Shown here one piece after another: positions 12,530 to 24,747 of a DNA stretch of 64,000 nucleotides. The position numbers and the translations under genes are program-made. Below the pieces are notes generated by a model. It was not told the origin of the DNA, did not search any database, and worked only from the letters and a program-made list of their open reading frames with translations. Source of the stretch: Eukaryota sp. GEM-RC1 (taxonomy: Eukaryota); NCBI GenBank assembly GCA_040285855.1, contig JAUFOQ010000004.1:682001-746000 (forward strand). The letters run 5' to 3'. Numbering within the stretch: position 1 is the stretch's first letter; every line of letters starts with the position of its first letter.

Positions 12530-12727
12530 ATTTTTGCAAATTATGTCTGGAATTATTGTTGTGATCTAACAAGCGATCTTTTACATTATATTGACCGTTG
12601 TTATTTGCTTTTGAAAACCAATGGGTTTTCTGGTCTAGTAACAATATCATAATAGCTTGAGATTCGAAAAGGATCTTTGTCATTAATTCCGATTTTTTTC
12701 GTCCTTCTTTAATCAACCACATCCACG

Positions 12728-13351
12728 ATGAGTCTTGTATCCCAAGCTCCTGAATCGGAACATCTATGGAGCAAATACTCTCAAAAAAAAGCGGCGGCGC
12801 TCAAGTCCCAAAATATTTGCAGGTGACCACTCTGAAATATCGCATACACCTCAGTTCCGCAAGTTAATGAAGAAGAATGGCGATACAACTGTCCTGTTCT
12901 CTTCCGCCTGTCTCAAGGTCAACAAACGTAATAAAACCCAAGAACGCCAAGTTGTTCTTACTGAAAAAGCTATCTATAATCTCATCCCCAAGTCATTTAA
13001 ATGTAAACGCCGTATACCGCTTGATCAGCTTACGGCGATATCACTCTCTACTCTTGCTGATAACTTTATAGCTCTTCATTGTATCGACTACGATTACCTA
13101 TTAATACTCTTCCGGAAAACAGAGTTTGTGAATCTGTTGCTCTCTCATTTCTCAAATCTGCCGAAGCGTTTCAATGTCAATCTCAGTGACTCTTTTGTTT
13201 ATCGCGCCGATAAGAGTAACCTTTGCGAGAGGTTGTTTTTGAACCAGTTGAGACAGAAAATGGGACAGGTGTGAGCACTCTCATTTTCACTGCAAATGAC
13301 GCATCTCAAAGCTCAACAATAGATGTAGATGATCCGTCGTTGTTTGATTGA
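12728..13351 (+). CDS. Stand-alone myosin-I tail homology 1 (TH1, PH-like) domain protein; two apparent frameshifts (near 12787 and 13223)
   Basis: KKRRRSS..IFAGDH, VLFS..CLKVNKRNKTQERQVVLTEKAIYNL, KRRIPL..LTAISLSTLADNFIALH..DYLL..KTEFV. Confidence 0.8.
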
Positions 13352-13416
13352 TTTCTAGTTTTTTCTGTATAAAATAAAAAGGTTTCAAAAGTGAGACAAG
13401 TTTATGTGGTACAATA

Positions 13417-14034
13417 TTAAACAATATTTCGAAGAGCATTGGCGGATTTAACAGCAGGAGATTGTGATATTTGTTTACGATATACAAGATAACATGAGCA
13501 AATGGCGAGCAGGGTGACTGAAAACCATATAATACATTCAATGACCGTGGTAATACGTTGGAACACCTTCCATGAAGAACCGGAAACAGTGTCCCAATTT
13601 TTCACCCCCCTGGAAGTTCCGATAATCAGATATAGCGAACAAAAGATACACAACAACAAGACTGAGCTGGAGGATAAGATACTTGACAGCTTTACTAGGT
13701 GAGGAAAACCCAAGAGCACGAAATCCACTAAAGAAAACATACAGTGCGATAGAAGCAACCATGGAGAAAACTGCAATGAGACAAGAGTCTAGGACAAACC
13801 AAAAAACGAGTGGAGGAAGAAAACCCACCCCTTGGTTATACCGAACATCATGATAAAATTGGACAGTAAATTAAAGAGAAGTCCCAAAACAGTGCCCAGA
13901 AAAGTGTAGTGTGCCAGAGAAGCAGCGGAACGTTTGGGTTCGTCTAATTCTTGGATATTTACATGAACCAGGCGCAGACCTGGCGGATAGTTGAAGTCGT
14001 GCCAATTGATTTGTTTCTGAGAGATGTTAGGCAT
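13417..14034 (-). CDS. SCAMP-like multi-pass membrane protein; two apparent frameshifts
   Basis: NYPP..LVHVNIQEL motif preceding several hydrophobic helices, spread over three overlapping ORFs. Confidence 0.55.
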
Positions 14035-14631
14035 TGAAGATTAAAAGTGAGTTGTTTGAGGAGAAAAAGTGGGTCAGAATCTCAACATGTGAAATTGACT
14101 ATCGATACTTGAAGTTTGAGTCTCGAACTGGTCTAGACATCACAGATCCAAACCTGCAAACTAAAATGTAAAACCAACAGGAACTGAGCTCATGAATAGA
14201 AGGAATAAATGCAACACAAAAACTGTATAAAAATAAAAGTTGAATAGAACACTAGAGCAAATAAACAGAGACACGATGGCGATCCAAGTAATCTACAATA
14301 GATTAACATCTCCACAAGTGGTTGAATCATAGAGAAAAATCCGACATAAAAGGTAAAAACTAGGAGTGAACAAGTAGACATGTGTGACAATTGGATACAA
14401 CAAGCACAACGCCTGACTAACTTAGAAATCGGTAGAATTCCAAAGCCAAACTAATTTTGTGATATAACAGCTGATGATCCAGATCGAAGAAGACTGTGTA
14501 GTAACGACCAATGAAGGATTGTCAAATTCAAAGACGAGGAGGCGATTTGTGGTAGTTGTATGGAAATTCCTTTTTTTCCTCTTTTGCAAACAAAGGAATG
14601 TTCGATATTCCTTTCTTATCTCAGATCTTAT

Positions 14632-15408
14632 ATGGCTATCGGAAAGAGTAAACGTACTGGTGGTAAGAAGGGTAGTCGCAAAAGGTGTATGTCCATACTC
14701 TTTCTCTCTCATGTTAGTGTTGACGCCTTTGCCAAAAAGGAATGGTATGATATTCGTGCCCCTGCCATGTTCACCCAACGTGAAGTAGGTAAGACTGTTG
14801 CTACCAAAACTGCTGGTCTCAAGCTTTCATCTGACAGTCTTAAGGGACGTGTTGTCCAAGCTTTTGTTGCTGATCTTAACACCAACGATGATCAATTTAG
14901 AAAGATTAAACTCCGTATCGAAGATGTCTCCGGAAAACTGTGTCTTACCAACTTCCACGGTATGGATTTCACCACTGATAGACTCCGCTCCTTGATCAAA
15001 AAATGGCAAACTCTTATTGAGGCTCACATTGATGTCCGTACCACTGACGGTTATCTTCTTAGACTGTTCTGTATTGGTTTCACCACCAGACAGAAGGAAC
15101 AAGTCAAGAAAACCTGTTATGCTCAATCATCTCAAATCCGTAGAATTAGAGCTAAAATGTTTGCTATCATGAAGAAGGAAGCTACCACCGACTTAAAAAC
15201 CTTCGTCTCCAAGCTCCTTTCTGAAAAGATTGGAAACGAAATTGCCAAAGCCTGTCACAACATCTATCCTCTTAGAGATGTCTACATCCGCAAGGTGAAA
15301 GTTGTCCGCGCTCCCAAATTTGATGCTGCCAGACTAATGGAGTTACACACAAAGCCTGTTGAAACTGGTGCCCCTGTTGCCGATGCTGTTGAAGAAACCA
15401 AGGAATAA
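14632..15408 (+). CDS. RPS3A: 40S ribosomal protein S3a (eS1) with 31-nt intron 14687-14717
   Basis: [60 protein letters not shown]; splicing plus one extra A in the run at 14680-14683 restores RKKVVDAF. Confidence 0.97.
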   Translation: MAIGKSKRTGGKKGSRKRCMSILFLSHVSVDAFAKKEWYDIRAPAMFTQREVGKTVATKTAGLKLSSDSLKGRVVQAFVADLNTNDDQFRKIKLRIEDVSGKLCLTNFHGMDFTTDRLRSLIKKWQTLIEAHIDVRTTDGYLLRLFCIGFTTRQKEQVKKTCYAQSSQIRRIRAKMFAIMKKEATTDLKTFVSKLLSEKIGNEIAKACHNIYPLRDVYIRKVKVVRAPKFDAARLMELHTKPVETGAPVADAVEETKE

Positions 15409-15931
15409 ATAGTTTTGACTTAGTTAGTATTTTGAAACTTTTCCTACAGTATAAACAGCTGGAGAACACCTCAAGGTATATGAGTAAAAGTATACTTTGG
15501 CATAGCAATAAATGAATAATCTTTGACAATTATGCAATAATGTGGGATTTTTAAATCCGATTTTGTTCATTCTGTGCTTGTGGATTGGACTGGCAACAAC
15601 TTATTGTAATATTCTTGCGACCAAATTTCAGACCGTAATTTCAGTATTTGATATACGCGTTTTGTCATCTGCACAGTGTCCTAGTCGTTGATTTTGTTTG
15701 CTGATGAAAAGGGCAATTGTTTCAAACACGGATCCAATGTAGAAGTTCTACATTGTCCATAAGAAAAGGTATGCTTTGGAACCCAATATTTGGTCAGTAT
15801 CTTTTCATCTCCAAAGCTTCACAACTACTGTAGCAATGCGTTGGTTTTATGAGGTTAAAGCCACGGGAAGATTTTATAGTGATACAGTGTGCTAGTGTGT
15901 TGTTTTAATAATTAGTTTTGTTACTTCATTA

Positions 15932-16141
15932 CATAGTTGCAAAATACACGGACAAAATAATAAAACTGTACAGAACATAAATACAATACAGAATACTGTT
16001 TTAAGTCTATTTTGATTCTTATAATTGCAAGTATTAAACTAAGTGTATTGAATCCAACGACTGCAAACGTGATTGATCTTCAGTAGACCTCTTCGGCAGG
16101 CATTCTTAGACTTCTTTTGTATTTTGTATTTTGCAACTATG
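15932..16141. mobile_element. 210-bp hAT MITE
   Basis: Perfect 16-bp TIR CATAGTTGCAAAATAC; TSD CTTCATTA/CTTCACTA (7 of 8 match). Confidence 0.88.
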
Positions 16142-17596
16142 CTTCACTACATACTATGTCCCAATTCAAGCTACTGTCAATACGATACTAGAATACATAC
16201 GTTTTTCCATGCTTGTAATGGAACCTTTCATGTATTGGGTATTTTAATTGTGTCGTTTTGACTCATTGGTGAGTTATAATGTTTGAATACACCAACATTA
16301 CATCTGACTATAAGTAATGCCAATCATAGTCCTTCTCATATCCCAGTCAATCAATATTATCAAAATCTAAAATCCTGTAACACAAACCTGCATTTGTTAT
16401 TCACTTCTTGATCAAACGGGTTCTTATTAATCTTAATCATTATCAGCTACAACTATATCAAGAAGACACACTAGCGTCTGGTCAAGTGATCTAACAAGTA
16501 TAATTGATACAAATGAATTGTTATAATATTTCCTATAACTCTAGTTCATTGATAGAGATCTGTGAGAATGCTCACAGGTTTCTCTCTTTCAATAAAGGGA
16601 AACCTGGGAAACATGAAAATAGCATACCTGTTCTAATGCTTGGATTACCTGTATTGCAATATTGTTTGTATTAGGACACGACGATATATACAAGTCTAAA
16701 CATTTATAAAAAAGCAGATGTATGCAGAAGATGCAAGAAGATAAATTCTGCAACGCAGCTCAAGAGTTGTTCCAGGGATGGGAAAACAGTATCGCTCTAT
16801 AATACTACAACCAATATGGTTCCGTTATTAATTTTTGTTTTTGAGATTTGCATTTAATAATTTTGTTCTCATTATTGATTGTTATGATGTTACATCATTA
16901 CCCCGTTTAATTTTGTCTTGATCATTTCGCAGCATGAAAAAGAGAAGTAATTGTTGTATAAATTGTATCCAAGCTAAATTTAAAAACATACACACATTTG
17001 TTCTACAATTCAGGTGCATCTCAAGATTTCACTTCGTACATTTGGGTTCATCACAATTTTTTTCACAGAAAAAGTTATCTTTGTGTTTTGAATTTGGTAA
17101 GAAATGTAACAGATCGAAGGGAATGAATAATTTTTTCAATGTGTAGATTTGTTGATTCCATTTTGCCCAGGTTGATTGGTGGTAATCCCTTTTTAGAATT
17201 GGTTAGTTCGCTAGATAGTTTGTTTTAACGGTTTCTATTTATACTTACAGTTATTGGGTTCGGAGCAGCATTCAAAACAGAATAAATCCGCTTTGCCTTG
17301 CTCTTGTCTTTCTGTTCTCTGAAATAAGGATATTTATCGCTGTAAGAAAATACTGTATCATCTCATCTAACGGTGTCAAGCCTAATTCTTCTATGCCAAA
17401 ATCAAAATGTCCAATCAAATTTAAAAGTGTTACGAGAGTATCATAATATTCTAGTAACGACAACAATGATAACTGCACATACGATGAATAGACTTGAAAT
17501 CAGTATCTGGCTGAGTTATAGAATCAGATGCAACATGGTAAGCATCATCAATAGACAAGGAAACTTTCTGATGTTTTCCAGAAGAATTGTCTTGAA

Positions 17597-18928
17597 TAGC
17601 ACTGGGCGTTCAGATCAGATTTCACTTCAGATTTCGGATCGGATCGGATTCAGATCGGATTCAGATCCAGTTTTGCTATTTTGTTCGGATTCGGATCAGA
17701 TTCGGATTCGAACGTTCGGATTCAGATCGGATTCAGATCCTTTTGTTCGGATTCAGATCGAAGTCAGATATCCGTTATCTGAAACCAATTGTGGTGTATA
17801 CAACTTGTTATTGTTGTAATTATACAATGATCTTTATACTAGTAGTAAATATTTTGACATTAGTAGCCGATCTGTTCTATCAAAGTACTGTAGCAAAATC
17901 GATCAAATACAGATTCTTCCCGCCATTTTATTTCATCCTTTAAAGCATGTCTAGTTTCTTCGGTGTAAGCTCTGATGACGATGTCGTTGAAATCCCGCCT
18001 TCAGAATCATCTGTTCATTCTCAAAGAACACAGTCTACTGCTCCCACAACTGAGTCCTCCCCTCCTATGAAAAAAACTCGCACTATGAAAAGTCGCTCTC
18101 GTGTATGGGATTATTTCAAAATTGATAAAGCACGAAATGTTGTATTTTGCACTTTATGCAATAATTGTGAATATTCAATTGCTCAATCACCACCATCTAC
18201 TGGGAACATGAGCAGACATCTCAGTAACAAGCATGGTGATTGGCAAAGTGGAAATCCCAGCAATCAACTGACAATGGACTCCTTTTTGGCAGCAGCACCC
18301 AGTGTTAAAACAGAGCTCATGTCCTAAATTTGATTGTCAAACAGGGATTGGAACCCATTAAGCCAGCCATATGCAAGGTTAGGGCTTTTGTCCTTGCTTA
18401 CAGAACTTCAATATTGAAGGGAGTCCTAAATAGGTTCTGTGCTTCAAAGAGTTTTCAAAAGATCAACACTCTGAAGGATGATGTTGAAACTCGCTGGAAC
18501 AGCACGTACGACATGTTGAAGAGCTACCAGGATGCCATGATCGTCATAAAGAACTTCTTTGCAGAACCCAGCGTTTCTAGTGGATATTATGAATGAAGCT
18601 CTTGAAGCTATGTGTTCTCTAAAATCTTGGTGGAATCAGCTTGGTGCTGTAGATAATGAAGATAGTGACTCAGAATAGTACTTGTATTTATTTAAGTGAT
18701 ATAAAGAATATGATATTGGTGTTCTCATATAGTCAAGAAAGGGCTAAGAAGATTCTGCTTGTTCGGATTTCAGATCGGATTCAGATTAGAGTAGTTCGGA
18801 TCGGATCGGATTCAGATTAGAGTAGTTCGGATCGGATCGGATTCGGATCAAGGTAGTTCAGATCGGATCAGATTCGGATACAAGAAATTCAGATCAGATC
18901 GGATCGGATATCTGAACGCCCAGTGCTA
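17597..18928 (+). mobile_element. Internally deleted hAT (Ac-like) transposon with transposase remnants
   Basis: TIR TAGCACTGGGCGTTCAGAT; TSD GTCTTGAA; CGGAT/CAGAT subterminal arrays; BED finger (SRVWDYF..CTLC..STGNMSRHLSNKH, 17947-18327); AHVLNLIV and DVETRWNSTYDML; C-terminal LEAMCSLKSWW. Confidence 0.95.
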
Positions 18929-19082
18929 GTCTTGAAAGACTTCTGGTCTCAATCCTCAACATGGACACGACCGTCCCACCTCAACGTTCACGTTCAAGTA
19001 AGAGGAAGAGCGATGGTTATCGTCTCAGTTTGGTTATTTTTTCTTACTTCCTCTTCCACTTCTTTTACTCCAAAAATCACCA

Positions 19083-20504
19083 ATGGATCTTAAACAAACC
19101 TGGAAATACTCCCACTACTCCCAAGTTCCTCAAATTCTTAAGGGAACATCGAAAGTGAGCGGTGTCATCTCTGCTTTTAACGTCAATATCGATGCCATTT
19201 TGCCTATCAATGGCGCAAGGATCCTGGAACTGATCAACGAACACTCCGTTGGCTTAGAATCATTGCTGCAAGACGAACCTAGACAAATCGACTCATTCTC
19301 TGACCTTTTACGTGGTATTGTTCGCTGCTTCTCAAAGGGAATCGCAGAAGAATGGCTGATCTCCAATGACTCCACCTATAAAATCATTTCTGAAGCTCTG
19401 GGTTACGATCGACTTCAAATGGGAGGACAGGCTGGGATCGTAGCCAACGCTGCCGCTGTGAGTAATGTACGCAACGTCTACGTCCACTGTGCTTCTCTTC
19501 CTGGTGATCAAGCTTCCCTTTTCCTCGATCTCGACAATCTGAAGTCATTTGATACTAACGGATCCTTAGTAAAGGCTAACAAGATCAACCGCCCAGATCT
19601 CCCTCTTATACATTGGATCATTGAGTTCAACAAGGGAGATTCCTTTGAGTTTGAAGGGGAAACCTTTACTTGTCCAAAGTCCAACAGGTTCATTGCAACC
19701 TACGATCCTCTTAACCTCGCTCTTACTATTGATCCCTCGTTTGCCGCCGTGGTTGACCATCCTTATTCTTTAGTAATTCTCTCTGGTTACCACATGCTGA
19801 CTCACAGTCTTCCAGGAGGTGTGACTTCTGAGGAACGAATCACGTCATCAATTCCAGTGATCACGTCATGGAAGAAAACTGGGGTGATTACTCATTTAGA
19901 ATTAGCTTCCACTCAAGACGTCGTTGTTCGTAAGGAGATTCTTGATATTGTTGTACCCCATGTTGACTCTGCTGGACTCAATGAACGTGAACTGATTGAT
20001 TGTCTTGAAGTGATGGGAGAACAGGAGTTAGCTGACGTGATTGACAGTGACACGTCATCAGTTAACGTTTTCAAGGGACTTCTTACCCTAGTCAAGATGT
20101 TGAACCTTCCTAGAGTTCAATTGCACATGTTTGGACTGTACATTACTGTCCAACACCCTGGATTCTCTATCTCTCCTGAGGACAATCTTAGGGGAATGCT
20201 GTTAGCCTCAGTAGCAGCTGCTTCTAAGTGTGGTTCAGGAGCTATTGATACCTTTGAGTCACTTATATGGGCTCTTGACCAAGGATTAAACGAACCCGCA
20301 GACCACTCGTTAATGGAGTTTGAGAGGTTGTTTAACTATTTGGAGGAGGAGCATGGTGTGGGTAAAGAGTTTTTAGAGAGTGGTATTGGAAGTATTGGGG
20401 AGCATGATGTGATTGCAGTTCCAACTATTCTTGTTCCTAAGCCTAAGACATTGGTAGGAATGGGTGATTCTATTAGTTCTTTGTCTTTGATTGGGGCGTT
20501 GTAA
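19083..20504 (+). CDS. ADP-dependent glucokinase/phosphofructokinase (ribokinase superfamily), prokaryote-type
   Basis: AFNVNIDA, LQMGGQAGIVANA, IHWIIEF, NRFIATYD, ILSGYH, HLELAS, DSAGLNERE, PKTLVGMGDSISS; intronless. Confidence 0.9.
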   Translation: MDLKQTWKYSHYSQVPQILKGTSKVSGVISAFNVNIDAILPINGARILELINEHSVGLESLLQDEPRQIDSFSDLLRGIVRCFSKGIAEEWLISNDSTYKIISEALGYDRLQMGGQAGIVANAAAVSNVRNVYVHCASLPGDQASLFLDLDNLKSFDTNGSLVKANKINRPDLPLIHWIIEFNKGDSFEFEGETFTCPKSNRFIATYDPLNLALTIDPSFAAVVDHPYSLVILSGYHMLTHSLPGGVTSEERITSSIPVITSWKKTGVITHLELASTQDVVVRKEILDIVVPHVDSAGLNERELIDCLEVMGEQELADVIDSDTSSVNVFKGLLTLVKMLNLPRVQLHMFGLYITVQHPGFSISPEDNLRGMLLASVAAASKCGSGAIDTFESLIWALDQGLNEPADHSLMEFERLFNYLEEEHGVGKEFLESGIGSIGEHDVIAVPTILVPKPKTLVGMGDSISSLSLIGAL

Positions 20505-20690
20505 CTTTATGTTGTAGATAAATGAATAGTATGAGTTGTTTTATTAAGTATATCGTGATGCTATACGTAATCATCAATTGTGATTGACATTAGTTGCCAG
20601 CACATCTGTACTCACCTCATTAAGTAACATCTACCCTCATTAACTACTCTTAGTGTACTCAGAAAGTTGAGCTTCTTGGTTCCTCATGTC

Positions 20691-21356
20691 CAGGGGCTTG
20701 CATAATTGAATTGGCAATTAATTGGTCATCAACAAGACGTACCAATCAATAATTGCAATAATTGCAATTAATTGAAGCCAATTAACCAATTTATCTATAC
20801 ATAGTAGAAACTCGCCAAAAACTACAACATATGAGGAAATGAGAATATGGGTGATCACACTTTAAAGAAACTAATTATCAACCATCTCGTCTTTCACAGA
20901 ACAGTGTTTATTTAAATACTAAAAAAGAAATGCAACTACTAACGTAGTATGTCCCAAAGCTCCACGTTAGACTCAAGTGACAAATTATATCTTTGAACGT
21001 CATATTGTGCTTTAACTTGGGACAACAGTCTTTCTACTTCAACACTTGTGGAAGGAATAAATCTCAAATCAATTTTTGAACTATTAACAAGACATCATTT
21101 CTTCTTCAACTGCCTTCGTCTGTCAGAATTCGCCTATTGGTAAATTAGGGGTAGTCGAAGAAGGCGCGGTTGCCAAGTTTTGCGCGGTTTCTCAATCATA
21201 AAAATGAAAGGTTGATTTGTCGGTTGATATTATGTACATTATTTATTCTGTTTTACAACAAAAACGAGTCTCGTAATTCTGTAAGTGGTACCAATCAATT
21301 ATTGCAATTATTTATTGGCAATAAGTGGAAGTCCAATTCAATTTTGACAGCCCCTG
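20691..21356. mobile_element. Non-autonomous hAT element, same family as 7830-8472
   Basis: TIR CAGGGGCT..AATTGAATTGG; perfect TSD CTCATGTC; both ends homologous to 7830-8472 in inverse orientation. Confidence 0.92.
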
Positions 21357-22290
21357 CTCATGTCACTTGTCAAATCACCATGAATTATGACCTGCAAATT
21401 CAATAGTTTTTAGCACTATTGCTCTTACTACATGCCCATAATTTAGAAAATTATATATTATCTTTGCAAACTAGCGAAACTGTATAAACGTGTGAAAATT
21501 CCTGTGGAAACTAGCTGTTTGCTACTGGGCATCCAATTGTATTGATAACATTGATATAAAGACTATTAAAGACAATAAATGGAATTTACTTTTCAAGAAA
21601 TTAACGATAATCATCAAGATTTGGAAACGTTTATTGACGTTTAAAATCCGTTTCCTCTCAGTCATTAACGTTTCTGAAACGTTTCGTGCAACACTATGTA
21701 TTACAATACACGTACTGCAACAGTTGTTCCTTAGAAAGCCTATCAACCTTATAACTGGTCACATGAAGCAAGGAACAAGACCCTTGATTACAGTAAAAGT
21801 TGTAGTATTTCGATAAGAGCGTGAGTAAAAAATCATTATTAGTGAAATCATTATTATAACAAGATATTATTGTACATTTGTATACTGTACTGTCAGGCTA
21901 TGTTTATTAACCATGTGTTCGACGTAGTAGTCTTGTCTTTGAAATTTGGTTTGAAGAAACTCAAAAATCATGTCTTAAAAACGTGTTGAAAGGTTAGATC
22001 TTACAGTTCATCTTATTTGATTAACAGGAAAGGTCTATGATATCATTATGTAATCATTAAATCAGGCTTTGTGGGCAGCATTTTTGGTCAATTAATTTCT
22101 TGACTATCGATGGCCACAAAAATGAGTCTTCGTAAACATAACTGATGAAACATTTGATTTCGCGTCTATCAAGCAGGTTGTCAGTTGAAAGTCTCTCAAA
22201 GCTGAAGGAAGAGATTCCTTCCAGAAAGGTGCAACCTTCGAGCGATGACATAAAAGTGACTGGTGGTAGCAAGACAATTTAATACAAGTG

Positions 22291-23502
22291 TTAGTGGTTA
22301 TGGGAATAAAACCCGACAAATTTTCCCTCAGAATCATACATGCAACAGTCTCCAGTATGTCCATTTCTTAGCTGTCCGATTTGACAAGGTCCTCTACAAC
22401 ACCACCAGTAGTAGTAGCAACATGCCCTACAATTATGGTCAAGACTTCCCATTTGTTTATTGTCGATCGCGTTGCAAGAAGGGCAGGTAGGAAGTGCATT
22501 CCTAATGATGTTATCGTTCTCAATTTGTTCTCGATATTCAGAACAAGTTTGACCAGAATGCCATGGTACTTTGTCATCAGCACACACGTCATGATGACAG
22601 TGATTACAAGTGACCTTGTAACGGCTCACCCTGTTGATGAAAAAGCCATTTCCACAGCCTTCATGAGGACACCAACGAAAATCTGGATCAGCTTGAAGAC
22701 ATTGAATAGTTGATCCTGTCTCAAAACTTTGGTAGATTTCAAACGTGGAAGCAAATTTCTGAACGTCATTGGAATGTAGGTGTTCGTCACAATTAGCATG
22801 GAGACATTTGATAGGTCTCATAGCATGGTCCACCATAACTTTCTCATCAATCCATCTAGCAATACAACTGTTAAAGACCTTTCTAGAGTGCTTACAGTTG
22901 GAAGTAATTGGGGTAGAGCATTCGCCATGAGTCATTTCACCATAACATACTGAGCATTCAGTTTCTGAATCAACTGAATTATGATCACCCGTTTCCGTGA
23001 ACTTGGGAATAACCAAATACTGCTTCGCACCAATTCTTAACGTTGACTTGTTAACAATTCGAAGAGCTTCAGTTTCAGTTGCCAGTTTGATGTTAGCCAT
23101 GTGGAAACCGTTCAAGAATATCCCAGAAAAGGAAGTAACCATGTAGTGTTGCTCACGGAGATGCTCAAAGATTTCAATTACTTCAGCTCCTGAAGTGAGA
23201 GGGAACACTGAGATGAAGGTCCGCTTAATGTCTTCAACAGGACCAAAGTCAGTGTTAACAGGTTTGATTCCACGAGTTCTGTCACAAATAACATGCGGAA
23301 TCTTCTTCAAATATTTAAATACTTCTTCACTCGTTACATGCTTATGTTTACGTTTAGCGATGGCTTTCATTCGAGGCATGTTCAAAATAGTGTTGTAAGG
23401 GACAAAGCCTCCGTTTGAAGTAGAAAGGTCTTTCTTTGGTCTGTGACTTTGTTGTTGAGTACTCTGATTTGACATTGTGCTTTTGAATTCGTTGCGATTC
23501 AC
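22291..23502 (-). CDS. RBR (RING-IBR-RING) ubiquitin-ligase-like protein with degenerate RINGs
   Basis: CSVC..CKH..C..IKCLHANC (RING1); FRWCPHEGCGNG..VTCNHCHHDVC..WHSGQTCSEY (IBR); CPSC..C..C..WWCC (RING2-like). Confidence 0.8.
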   Translation of the reverse strand: MNRNEFKSTMSNQSTQQQSHRPKKDLSTSNGGFVPYNTILNMPRMKAIAKRKHKHVTSEEVFKYLKKIPHVICDRTRGIKPVNTDFGPVEDIKRTFISVFPLTSGAEVIEIFEHLREQHYMVTSFSGIFLNGFHMANIKLATETEALRIVNKSTLRIGAKQYLVIPKFTETGDHNSVDSETECSVCYGEMTHGECSTPITSNCKHSRKVFNSCIARWIDEKVMVDHAMRPIKCLHANCDEHLHSNDVQKFASTFEIYQSFETGSTIQCLQADPDFRWCPHEGCGNGFFINRVSRYKVTCNHCHHDVCADDKVPWHSGQTCSEYREQIENDNIIRNALPTCPSCNAIDNKQMGSLDHNCRACCYYYWWCCRGPCQIGQLRNGHTGDCCMYDSEGKFVGFYSHNH

Positions 23503-24747
23503 GATAAGAACAAATTGTCGAAAATTAAATTGACCAATCGATGTTCATGCAATGGTTACTATCAGATACCATGAAATGTAATCATCACCTTCAAATGGGG
23601 AGGTTAAGTTAAGAACTTGGTTGATGAAGAAACTTACTGGTGAGTTCTTCATGAATGGACGCTGAGTTTAATCGATAACCAGCTTTAGTGCGCATTGTTT
23701 ACGCTCTCTATTTTGTAACTTTGAAGAATTTGTAAAGTTAATTAAATGGCAAGGATTGTGATAATTGATCTATTGTCATTTACTGTTCTTTAAGAACTGA
23801 ACAGATCTAATGATCAAATAAATTTGATCAAGGCGAAGTGGTGTGACTTTGTATTGAATTTTTGTTTGACAGTAAGAGACTACAGTTGTAGAACAATAGT
23901 AGTTGTAGATCAGAGATCATCAAGACTTGAATATTACAATAACTGAAGTGAAAAATGACATACTAGTAAATGAAGTGTGAGAACTTGAAACGAAGTAAAA
24001 CTAACAAGAAACCAACTACGCAACCTATAAAAATAATAAAAATCACATCTTTTTCACAGGGGATCAATAAATTGACTAATATGCTTGAACCCATACATAT
24101 TTGGTTAAATCGAGTCATTAATTAATGGATTTTACCACATCCGATGTACTAGTATGTAACAAACCTTGTTTTAGTACGATAATGGATTATTCATTTAATC
24201 AGTTAACAATGTTGCACAACTCAAGCATTCCCAGTAGAGTTCTTAAGTAGCAGAGTAAAATGGAAGAATATAGTCCAAATCTATTTTCCAACGTTTTGTT
24301 GTTTCTCTTATTGGATTGAGTGGTCTTACAGTGTGTCCACGCGTGTCTTCGAGAACTGGGGTGAAGTCCTCTGGATTTAGTTTTAGTATTGTTTGATTGT
24401 TCCTATAAATTCATATTTTTGTAGGAATGTTACCCTTTCTTTAAATAAACTTTTCTTTTGATAAACTTTTCTTTTGATAATGCAGACATCACCCACATGA
24501 CTGATTATCTTAAGGTGAGTATTGCTAATGTAAATTAGTTCAGTTCAGTTCAATTCAAAAAGTGTGAACTGAGGTGAGTTAACTGTGTCACACTAAACTT
24601 TAAAGAATTCGTTCAGGTACATTTCCTATTTATCTTAATTACCGTTATTGCAACTCGTATTTAAGTTAAAGACCACCTAAAATCAGTTAAAGAAGTTGAT
24701 GTAATGACAAATTGAATTTTATTATTACAATCATTCCAGGGTATATC

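Noticed and set aside
17620..18915. Dense CGGAT/CAGAT repeat arrays resembling a satellite or CRISPR
   Set aside because: They are subterminal repeats of the hAT element; there is no repeat-spacer periodicity and the context is eukaryotic
18965..19065. Possible structured RNA or U3-like box (GAGGAAGA) upstream of the ADP kinase
   Set aside because: Other U3 boxes are missing; better explained as an N-terminal extension or UTR
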